This document shows positions 51,512 through 64,000 of a stretch of 64,000 nucleotides of DNA, one piece after another. Origin of the DNA: the human T2T-CHM13v2.0 reference genome, Homo sapiens; the NCBI RefSeq assembly GCF_009914755.1, contig NC_060930.1. One strand, 5' to 3'. How positions within the stretch are numbered: the stretch's first letter is position 1; each line of letters begins with the position of its first letter. The notes below the pieces were generated by a model. The model was not told the origin of the DNA. It did no database searches and saw only the letters and a list, made by a program, of their open reading frames with translations. Both the position numbers and the translations under genes were made by a program.

Positions 51512-52680
51512 AAATATTAAATTGAGGCTGATACATTGACAGGACTTTATTCAATAAATTTATTGATATAAAAGCCAAAATAAAGGTATAAAGTCAACTC
51601 TAAGTAAGGAAGTAAGTATACACACTGAGGTAACTGCCCTTTGTACGGAGCTCAGGAAGTTTAATCCCATCAAGTATTTCTCCATCCCTGGTCTATGGCC
51701 CGGAACTAGAGCAAACCACATCTTACAAGATAGGCTGTAATTTCTGAAGGAGGACAGACAACTGTCATGGTGGTTGTCCCCATAGATACCTTTGGCTGTT
51801 TGCCTCCCTAACCAGTTATCCATTTCTAAACTACTCCGTTCGTAAATTACTAAGATTCTGTGCATTCTGTCACTTCCATCAACGAACAAAATAAGCCTGT
51901 ACCCAACTTACAGGCTGATGTCCTGGCGAAGTTTTTCACAGCTCAGCTAGTTACAGATAACCCTGAAGACACTTCACCCCACCCCCACCACCCCCACTTA
52001 AGAAGGAATTGCAACTAGCAAGAAGAATGAGTTGTGGCCTGAAATCCTAGAATGGGACAAGCTATAAACAAATAAACAAAGCTGCTTGCCACAATTTCCA
52101 GCTTTATCTTAAAATAAAACAAAAAGTTACAGCAAAAGAAAAAAAAAAACACCACCACATAGACAAGTATCCTTACTAAAGAACATCACAGAACTTAATG
52201 ATAACGAAGATCTTTACTAAGATTTTACTGTAATTTCAAGGGATACCCAGGATTTTCTTAGGTTTTAGTTAATTTGCAAAATGAAACATCACAATCAAGC
52301 TTCTGTTTTTTCCCCTTAATCAGTTAGTGGTTTGACTATAACTGAGTTAGAAGAGAAAGGATCAATAGTGTTGGCTGAAGTAAAATTTGAAAAATAAAAT
52401 AAGGCACAAAAACAAATGCTAAATTTTGCAGTAAAGTAAGAAACTCAATAGTAAATATTTCAAATTCTGGATTGACTGATGAGATCATGAAAGATGTACA
52501 TAATGGGTTAAAAACCAGAGGCTGCATTTAGGAAGTATGAAAAAGTAGGTTAAAAAGTAGAGAACAATTACCCTCAGGTGGGCTGCGCTGGCTACACTCC
52601 CCCCATCCCCTCAAATAACAAGAGAGCTACTATAGTACAACAGCTGATATGAGGTTATTGGGTTAAGAGAAGTAGGTTTA

Positions 52681-53000
<320 letters not shown>

Positions 53001-53289
53001 TTAAATATTGATTCCAACATAATGTCAATTATAGCAGAAATGAAGCAGTTTAGATGTACCAACCCAACTTTGAGGTATAGAGCAGATAAATCCAGTATTT
53101 CTAAAACTTGGGAGTAAATTTATAAAACCAAGTCATTCCTTGGTTTGCATAAAACATTCTTAACCCCTTGTGAAAATAACTTTTACAACAAAAATAAGCT
53201 TTGACATTCAAAAATAAAAGTTCAAAAGTAATTTTCTAATTCAGTAAGAATTGAGAGCATTTTAAAATTGCTCCAAAGGAAATAAAATA

Positions 53290-55257
53290 TTTAAGTATAA
53301 ATCTAAAACATATACAGATTTGTATCCTGAAAATTACAAAATAATGAGGAAAAAAATCGGATTGCCTAAATAAATGGAGACACATACTATGTGCAAGATT
53401 GGAAGATTCAGCACAGTAAAGATGTCAATTCTCCACAAACTGATCTATGTTTAATGCAATTCCTACAAAAATTCCAGGAAGATGTTTGTAGATGTAGACA
53501 AGCTTATTCTAAAATTTATGTGGAAAGGCAGAAGATCAAGAGTAGCTAAAATAGTTAAAATGTTTAAAATGAGATATAACATGAGAGGAATCAGTCTCTC
53601 TAATGTTAAGGTTTATTATGGATGCTGTAGGTAATCAAGAGTGTATAGTAACAACAAAGGAATAGACACACAGATCAACAGAACAGAATAGAGACTATAG
53701 AAATAAACCCATAAAAATATGCCCAACTGACAAAAGTGCCAAAGCAATTCAATAAAGGAGGGATATCTTTTTAACAAATGGTGCTGGAGTAACTACACAT
53801 CCATAGGCCAAACAAACAATAAAGAACCTCAACCTAAACCTCACATTCTATACAAAAATTAACTCAAAATGAATCATGGACTTAAGTGTAAAACCTAAAA
53901 TCATAACCATTTTATAAAACACCAAGTGGTACACCTTAAAAATAATCAATTTTTATTTGTCAATTATACCTCGATAAAGCTGGGAGATGAAAAAATAGAA
54001 GAAAGTCTTTGGGACAAACAGGCAAAGACAATAGGGATAGGTGACGTGTTAGACTTGACACCAAAGCACAATCCATAAGAGATGTATCTGCTAAACTGAA
54101 CCACATCAAAATTAAAAATTTCTCCTCTGAAAGACACTGTGAAAAGGATGACAAGACCAAGCTACAGAATGGGAGAAAACTTTTGTAAACCACATACCTG
54201 ACAAAACCCTTGTATCTGGATTATAATAAAGAATTCTCCAAAAATAGATAAAGCAAACAATCCAATTAGGAAATGGGCAGAAAAATGCACAGATCTACAG
54301 ATGGCACATAAGCACATGAAAAGATGTTCAACATCATTAGCCATTAGGGAAAGGCAAATTAAAACCACAATGAGATGATGCTGCATACCTATCAAGATGT
54401 CTAAAACTTTAAAAAGTGTTAACACCAAATGCTGGCAAGGATGCTGAGAAACTGGACCACTTATACACTACTGACAGGACAATAAAAAATGATACCACTA
54501 CTTTAGAAAAGAGAATGTTCTGATGATTGTTACAAATGGAAAAAACAACAACAAAGAAAAAAATACAAAAAAAAAAGAGAATGGAATGGCAGTTTCTTAC
54601 AACACCAAACATACATTTATCATAAAACCAGCAAGTGCACTTTCAGGCATATATCCCAGAGAAATTAAAATGTATATTCAAACAAAAATGTGCACATAAG
54701 TGGTCATAGCAGTTTTATTAGTCAAGAGCCCAAAACTGGAAACAAACCAAATGTCCTTCAACAGATGTACCATAATACTCCATAGTACATCCATACCATG
54801 GAATACTCAGGGAGAAAGGAACTATTGATATATGCAACCATTTGAGTGAATGTATAAGCAAAATCTGCTAATGTCAAAAGGTTAGATACTGTGTGATTCC
54901 ATTTATATAACATTCTTGAAATGACAAAATTAGAGAAATAATGAGCAAATTAGCTGATGTCATAGGTTAGTGAGGGGAAGGCAGGAGGTAGCTGTGGCTG
55001 TAAAATGGTAAAATACAAGGGATTCTTGTGATGGAATTGGTCTATATCTTGATTATGTTGGTAGTCACACGAATCTATACATGTGATGAAACTGCACAGA
55101 ACTAAATACACACACACGTAAAACTAGTGAAAGCTGAGTGCAGTTGATGAACTCTATGTATCACGACCAATTTCCTGGTTGTAATATTATAGTTACACTA
55201 TATATTTTTTACAACTGCATGTCAATTTACAATGAACTCAAAATAAAAATTTTAAAA
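53290..55257 (+). mobile_element. Old L1M (MB/MC-type) 3' portion
   Basis: ORF2 remnants (taaataaatggagacacatac; aaaaccacaatgagat) and 3' UTR. Confidence 0.8.
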
Positions 55258-56651
55258 ACTTCCAATATGAAAAAAAATGAGGATACAATATGGTTAACTA
55301 CTTCAAAGACTTAACATTATAGGTGACTGATTTTCATGCTCCCAAGTGAGCAGTCATATAATTTACCTCCACGTATAACTCAGAATCCACAGGCTTCGTC
55401 CCACTTCTTATTCCTTCTTTTTCTTCTCCCTCTCCACCACCTGTCAATCCCCTTCACATAAGAGAAAACTGCAGTGTATAGTTGTATATGTGTGTGTATG
55501 CACTGCAATTTCATGTTCTCTCTCTATATGTAGTTTTATATACACACTCAGCTATTTATCATATTTATTAATTAGCATTCTGTGCGCTTCGTAATTTTAA
55601 AATCCATTATGTGGCACATTTTATGCTTCCCTTTAAAAATAATTAAAATGTCAGTTATTTGTTGTTTACGGTAACTGTTCTGAGTCCCCACTCCTACCCT
55701 ACTTCATGGGTAAGTGGCTCTTAAAAATAGTTTCTGTTTGCTTTGCACTATGAGCTGATCATTATTGGAATCTACATAATAGGATATCTTCTGTGCACTG
55801 AAACAGAAGACAATAGTTGCAAATTTTGGAGGAAAAAAATAGCCGCTTTTTCTGGCCACTGATGTACGGTGCATATTTAATAAGTCCCCGTCCCTGGGCA
55901 TGGCACTGGTATAATGGGCATGGCATATTATATAGAGTAAGTACCACAACATGCCATGTATTAAAAACATCTGATTAATATACTGCAGAAACCTAATTTA
56001 TTTGTAGTTCTGAGCTTCCTTTGCTCACGCTCACAGCAAGCATTATTGCCATACTTTTTCGTACCTTTGCTTTCCAAACTGCTTGTCAATTTTAAGCAAC
56101 AGAACCTGACTCAGGGCTTCTGTTTGATACATATATATATAGAAGGTGGCAACTGACTGCCCTGTGTAAAAATCATGGGATAGGACTCTTTTCCTCTCTC
56201 CATTCAGGAAAGAAATACTTTTAAAAGAGCTGCTGTATTCTCAGACTAGTCAGTCAACAGTCTCCCACCCATCCTTTAACAGATTTTTCATTCGGGGGAG
56301 GAGGTGCATTCCATGTCCAAAAAGATGTACTGTAATTAATCTTCAATAAATAATGTGCATAAATATAAAAACAGAAGTCATTGTTCATGTGGCATCTCTT
56401 ACACAGTGGCCCCAAAACGTCAGTTTTATATACTATGGCTATTAGTGTCATTTCCAATTTTAGAGAAACAATCAGATAACCAAATAGAGTATTTTCCCAA
56501 AATGACTATGATCCGTCAATCAACATGTAGCTCATTAATGTACACAATCTTTTGCATCTTCCTCTTAAATATAAAATCCAAATTTTCCCAAAACAGTACT
56601 AAAAATAGTTTTCATTTCCAAGCAAATACCAAACTGCAATAAGCAATTTTA

Positions 56652-57314
<663 letters not shown>

Positions 57315-57688
57315 CTAACACAAGTGGGTCCGTAACATTCTTTAGTTATTTTTGTCTTTAAGAAAGGATTTTACAATATTTAGTAAAGTATCAAGTTTTA
57401 TTTAGAGCTCTAAATAGGTTTCTATTAAGAAAGGTATGCAATATTTTAAGAAAAATGATATCCCAATAGTTTATACGGAATTATTCTACATAGCTTTAAA
57501 AGACAGCAGTATCAGGCTTTAACCATTTTTAACTTTTTAGATAAGATGGCAAGTCAGAATTCAAACATGAGCATTATCAGCATCATCAGCATTAGCATGG
57601 TGCATAACAAACACTGGACAAAACATTGTGATATTCAAGTCATTCATGCCAAGATATTTGGGATCATTATTTCAAATGTGAAAATGTA

Positions 57689-58553
57689 TGTTTTCAATTT
57701 GCATTTTTCTAATGATCAGTGATGTTGAGCTTTTTTCATATGCTTGTTGGCCATAAGTATGTCTTCTTTTGAAAAGTGTCTGTTATGTCCTTTCCTCACT
57801 TTTTAATGGGGTACAATGAGATACCGTCGCACATCAGTCAGAATGACTATTATTAAAAAGTAAAAAGAATAACAGGTGCTGGCAAGGTTGTGGAGAAAAA
57901 GGATCGCATATACACTGTTGGTAGGAGTATAAATTAGTTCAACCACTGTGAAAGACAGTGTGGCAATTCCTAAGACCTAAAGTCAGAAATACCATTTGAC
58001 CCAGCAATTCCATTACTGGGTATATACCCAAAGGAAAAGAAATCATTCTATTTTAAAGACACATGCACATGTATGTTCACTGCAGCACTATTCACAATAG
58101 CAAAGACATGGAATCAACCAAAATGCTCACCAATGATAGACTGGATAAAGAAAATGTGGCACATATACACCATGGAATACTATACAGCCATAAGAAAGAA
58201 TGAGATCATGTTCTTTGCAGGTTCGTGAATGGAACTGGAGGCCATTATCCTTAGCAAACTAACGCAGGAACAGAAAACCAGTAACACATGATTTCACTTG
58301 TAAGTGGAAGCTAAATGATGAGAACACATAGACATACAGAGGGGAACAAAACACACTGGGGCCTATTGGAGGGTGCAGGGCAAGAGGAGAGAGCAGATCA
58401 GGAAAAATACCTAATGGATACTAGGCCTAATGCCTGGGTGATGAAATGATTCATACAACAAACCCCCATAACACATGTTTACCCATGTTATAAACCTGCA
58501 CATCCTGCACATGTGTCCTTGAACTTAAAACTAAAAAAAAAAGAAAGAAAAAA
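57689..58553 (+). mobile_element. Older L1PA 3' end with 5' inversion (57689-57811 inverted)
   Basis: 16-bp TSD gaaaatgtatgttttc at 57680-57695 and 58554-58569. Confidence 0.9.
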
Positions 58554-59421
58554 GAAAATGTATGTTTTCTCTACATTAATTACAACTTTCTCCATCTGGG
58601 GACAGGATGACAGCATATTATACAGCGAGATTTGTGGCTCAAATTTATCACTTAACTCTCTGGACAATTCAATCAAACCTTTCCAAGTCTATTTACCCAG
58701 CCCATAGAAAGAAGACAATATTATCTACACAACTAGGTTGTTGGGAGAGTTAAATGTTCTACATATTCTCTGTTAGTAATAAGAACATTCCACTTATCGG
58801 AGATGGAAAACAGAAAACAGAAGTACAGGTGTGTTTCTAAATGCTTCCTCAGAGGATTTCTTTTCTGTGATGTTCAAATCAAAAACCCTAATGTGAGAAG
58901 ATGAAAACAAAAATCACATCCTAAAAAATATAAGTATATGAAATATTTAAAGAATACATTTTAAATCACAACATTTCTCAAAAATTTGAAATAATGTTTT
59001 TATTTTTACTAAAAGTTCATTAGCCTTAAGCCTCAATATTCAGAGCACCGGCCCTTTAAAAGAGGCATTTTGAAAGTCTGCTAAGAATAATGATCTTTAA
59101 TCTACATGGTAACTGCATTTTTTTTCCAAGGAGAAAATGCATTCCAGAGTAAAAAAATGAAGAAACACTAGAAGATCCAACCTTTCCTTCCCCATTTCAT
59201 CAGCCATGGATACTTGATTCCATTATGTAAACAAGTAAAGAATAACAAGTAATTTTTACAATTTAACATTACAAAGTTTCATTAAAAAGATAAAAGATTT
59301 TATAGAAGCTGTTTTGAATGTGTACTGATTTGGGATTCCAGCTCTATAAATGACTGAATACATGAAAGGAAGCAGTAATAAAAAGAAATGAGGGAGTGCT
59401 TAATTATTGCAACTTTGAAAC

Positions 59422-59720
59422 TATGCTATCCATTATGGTAGCCACTGCCACATACAGCTATTGAGAAGCTTGACAAGTGGGTAGCCCAAACTGGGATATG
59501 CTATAATTGTGAAACACACACTGGATTTTGAGCACTTGATTCAAAAATAAAAATAATGCAAAATATTTCATAATGTTTTATACTTACTATCTGTAGAAAT
59601 AATACTCATATATTATTAAAATTAATTTCATTTGTTTTTTTTTTAACCTGGTTACTAGAAAATATAAAATTACATATGTGGCTTCATTTGTGACCTGCAT
59701 TATATTTCCAATGGGCAGCA
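59422..59720. mobile_element. MER33/MER3-like hAT MITE
   Basis: tgctatccattatggtagccact...acatatgtggct...cattatatttccaatgggcagca. Confidence 0.65.
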
Positions 59721-62213
59721 TTAGTTGAGAATATAATTTTAAAGTTGAAATGTCCATCATTTCAGTTTTCTTTCCCAACATATGTAGTTAATGGAATTTT
59801 GGTATATATACGCTATTATGGGATATATACTCAGCTCTTGGAATGACAGAAACTTTATACATAAAAATAATTATGTATAAAGATGAATGTCAATTGTTCC
59901 AAATATGGTTTTTATGTACAAAATTATACCGCTCATAAAACTTCATAGAAAGAGCAACTTGTTTTATATGAAAAGTTAAAGCCTAATAAGAATCAGGATA
60001 AAAATTTTTAGTCAGATAAAAAAGGGTTTCCATAACCAACTTTCTGACATCCTAAAACTCTGAGTATAAATTTTTTAGCATATTCTATAACTACAAACTG
60101 ATCATTAACCTGAACTTACAAATATTTCCAGCTTTCATCTACCTTTTTATTTTCATTTATAAAACTATAAGACAAAATATTTTAAACCATCAAGTGCTAA
60201 TAAGAGTAAGAAGAAAGATGATTGTTGTATATATCATTCTTCATCTCTCCTTCTTAAGTCACTCCCAAAAAGTGGGTGGAAAATTGCTTTTTCTTCCTTC
60301 AGGTGTTAAAAATAATATGACTCTTTTTTTAACATAGTAAAAATAAATTATGCATCCACCAAAAAAATCAAGATATGTTAATATTATTGAAAAAACAAAT
60401 AATGGAATAATATATAATAAATGAACATGTATAACCAAAACTTATTAAATTTTACCATGAAAAATTTTGATACTGCATGAATTTTATGCAAAAAAAAGTA
60501 AAGTATGCTGAAAATTAAGGAAGGGGAAGGAAGAATATGCTATCAAACACGCAAACCCGAAAATTCGTTTAAAATGCTGTTTGAATCACATTTGTTTTGT
60601 CCCTAGGTTAGTCTATACTGATTGCAATTTAGTGTTTACAGAAACGTATCAGTTTGGTCTTGTTACTTGGTCTAAGGCAGACTAATTACCACAGATTTTA
60701 ATTCAAAGGACAGTGTAAAACAGAAAACGGTACAAGTCAAATTGAAGGAAATAATTGAAATTTTCTGGCTGATGCTGGAACTGTTTTTCACAGCTTTTCT
60801 CAATTACCTTCTCAAATAAGGTAAGGCTTACAAAGTTCAGACTCCTTAATTGGGTGGCCTCCTAAGTTGTTTCTGGGGAATGAAGAAAAAAATTAAAGTA
60901 TTCCTTACCAATACTACCCTAGGTATTTCTTGAGACTAACAGGCATTTTCTAAGGTTCAACCTTAAGATCTGTTTTGTTAGTTCTTAATTATACAGCAAA
61001 AGTTTAATAAGAGATCATGCTCTCAACTACAAAATTATAACAAGCTCCTCACTGAGACAGATTTGGAGAAAGAGACCAAAATAACAACAACAACAAAGCA
61101 TTGTACTTACAAAAAAAGAAAAAGAAAAAGGTTCCCAATTGTTATAAATGGTTAGAAGTATGGAAATCCCTGAGGAGCTAGACTGGGGATCCATGAAAGG
61201 GTTTCTTTCAAAAGGAATACATATTCTTTGCAGTTTTTAATAAGCGAATATTATTTTTTGAAGTAAAAATTTATAAAGACAAACTTAATTATGTCCTTGC
61301 TTAAATCCTTTCAATGGCTAACTATTTGCCACAAAAACAGAGTCAATACATTAGCACAGGATGCAAGGCATTTCATAATGTGGTCCCTTGTTTCCCTTTT
61401 CCACCCACAATTTTACCACTCCTGGCCTTGCAATCTAAACTCTCACCATTTTAAGCTACTGCTGTGCTACTTTTATTAATGGGTACTGTAATTACCTCAT
61501 TTGCCTTATTTTTCTATGCTGTACTTGTAAACCTTACATATTTTGTTACTAACTACAATGGGGTTTTCTTGACCAGAGATTTATTGAGATGAAGATATTT
61601 GTAGAATATTACATAGTCAAATATGTATGAAGGCCTATTTCCATTCTAGTAACATTTTAATAACAAAAATGACTTCTAATGATTAATCCAGTTTCCATTA
61701 TAACACACTTCAAAAGAAAGCAAATTAGACCAAAGGCCCCAATTCCATTCCTAGGTTTAATTTGAATTTTTACAGTAAATACTGTATTACCTACAGTAAG
61801 TAATTTTACTCAATCTATTAAAAAGTCCCTTAACCACTTTATGTCGATGCTTTTTCTACTTTCAAAAAATGAAGATACAAAAAGGTACATATGATTTATA
61901 AACTTTTTTGCCTTTACAGTACCTCAGAAACCCCAAGACAAGCATTTATTTAGGAAAAAGAAAAAACAAACTGAGAAGGCTTAGCTATGTTTCCTTCTGT
62001 ATACTGTATGACTTTGAATATAACAAATTTAATAGTACCATCAAGCAACATTTATATATACTTATAAGTATATAACCTATAAAACGTAAATCAGCCCACT
62101 TCCATGTATACAACAACATATATACTAATAAAAGAGTATCATGCACACACATTTTCCTTAAGCACTCAAAATGAGTCTTCTAGGTCCACCAGACTCTTTT
62201 AAAGAATGCTTAC

Positions 62214-62403
62214 CTTGGTGATGTACTTGGCCATCTGAAGTTTGTCTTTTAGGATTTTTTCTCCTAACACTTGCAGGTGAAGAACTGACCAGCGATGATC
62301 GGCCAGAAGACTGTGGCGTTTCAAAATCAGATGAGTAAGAATAATGGTGTTTGCCTGCCTTTCTTTCTTGATCAGTACCTGGACTTCCTGCTCTTTCCCC
62401 CAT
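62214..62403 (-). CDS. LCA5: LCA5 coding exon 1 (c.1-190)
   Basis: [23 protein letters not shown]...GQVHHQ matches the lebercilin N-terminus. Strong Kozak ACAATGG; donor CAAG|GTAAGC; 190 nt, phase 1. Confidence 0.97.
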
Positions 62404-62594
62404 TGTTTTGAAAAATGGTCTCTATTCACATAATTTCACAGATTATTTTCTCCAGAGGAGACTACGACAATACTGAAAAACATTTTCACAGTCTTCAGAT
62501 CCTGATAATATTCATTTCTGTGCAATCTATTTTCTCCACAATGTATTTGTAGACCACAATTCACATTGGCATCCAGAAGATAAACTTTTTTGCC
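62404..62594 (-). other. LCA5: LCA5 5' UTR part of the first coding exon (191 nt)
   Basis: Polypyrimidine tract and acceptor TCTCCTTTCCCCTTCCTTAATTTCAG|GGCA, with AG at 62596-62595. Confidence 0.85.
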
Positions 62595-62994
62595 CTGAAA
62601 TTAAGGAAGGGGAAAGGAGACTTATCATACAGTCTCTACAGTTTCTACAGTTAATTACAATGAAAGACACTAAAAGCAAAATAATATATAGCTTACAATT
62701 TTTAAAAGAGGCTACAATTTATCTATATTTTCACAGATAAGTTACTTACAGTATTTGGAGAAAATACAGACTGTCATAGCCTAGATAGATAATAAGTACC
62801 TGACATACAACTACTTCTGAATAAATGTTAACTGAAGTTGACTGTTTAATTTTAAGAGTTATACTAGAGGCAAATGCTGAATTTTAATGGACAATAATGA
62901 TCAAATCACCAGTTTTTTCTTTTTTAGGCAGGGAGGCAGTGGGAGTGGAAGTAGTGGTGATAGTAAAGAACAAACCTGCTAATAAGAATAAATA

Positions 62995-63290
<296 letters not shown>

Positions 63291-64000
63291 CTAAAGTACA
63301 TTTTTTAAAAACTAAAAGAAAAAATACTTGATGAGAAACATTTGCAAACATGACAAAAAATTGTTATCATCTTCAATACATAAATATATCATCCTTTGAG
63401 AAAAATATGAGGTAAAACAATTAAATGGGCAAAATATATAAGACTCCAAAAAGGCAACATAAATTATTAAAGATTTTTCGAAATAATAACACTCAATGCT
63501 GTCAGAGTTGCTATCAGAAAAAGATCCCTAGAGTTTTTTTGGAAAAACACTGGCAAAATGTATTGTCACTTTAATTATGCTTTAACCTTTGATACAATAA
63601 TTTCTGGACTCCAATAAAATAATGCTAAAATTAGGAGAAAAGTTATGTGCAAATATTTAATGTAGTACAGTACTTTTTTTTTAATGGAAGCAAATTAAAT
63701 GCCTAATCATTGAGGAATAATTAAGTATTTTATAAATCCATACAGCAAAATATCATGAAGCTACTGATAATGTTTACAAAAAGTCTGTATTTAAGGAAAA
63801 TGCTTATACTATTATCATAAAGAAAAAATTCAAATTAGTGCATACAGTATGATCTCAACTACACACATTCATTAAAAAAATACTGAAAATACTATTATCC
63901 CTATCTGAATTCAGAAACTGAAAACATTTTCCAAGCAAGGAATACAAGAACACCAAAATAGTCCCTGCCTGACAACATGGATTTTAGATAATTTTATCTC

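Noticed and set aside
51560-51889. 109-aa minus-strand ORF as a nested gene or exon
   Set aside because: Non-ATG start, no recognisable domain and no supporting splice structure.

Overview
Primate genomic DNA, almost certainly human (6q14.1), AT-rich and repeat-dense, with no CpG island. The minus strand carries the complete coding sequence of LCA5 (lebercilin, Leber congenital amaurosis 5) in 7 exons: 62403-62214, 57250-56721, 37262-37125, 36159-36063, 35242-35100, 32728-32596 and 31378-30516. All introns are GT-AG. The exons sum to 2094 nt, or 697 aa plus stop. A ~2 kb 3' UTR follows; the promoter and first exon lie beyond the right edge. Positions 1-28.4 kb are intergenic and hold a 5'-inverted L1PA, LTR fragments, old L1/L2/MIR, Alus and DNA transposons. 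I found no convincing new biological system. The best second-look items are four uORFs in 191 nt of 5' UTR, a near-copy of the real splice acceptor inside an intron, a tandem array of perfect 22-bp palindromes, two twin-primed L1 inversions, and a tiny sense L1 supplying an intronic poly(A) signal. Repeat subfamily names come from recalled consensus sequences and need RepeatMasker/Dfam confirmation.
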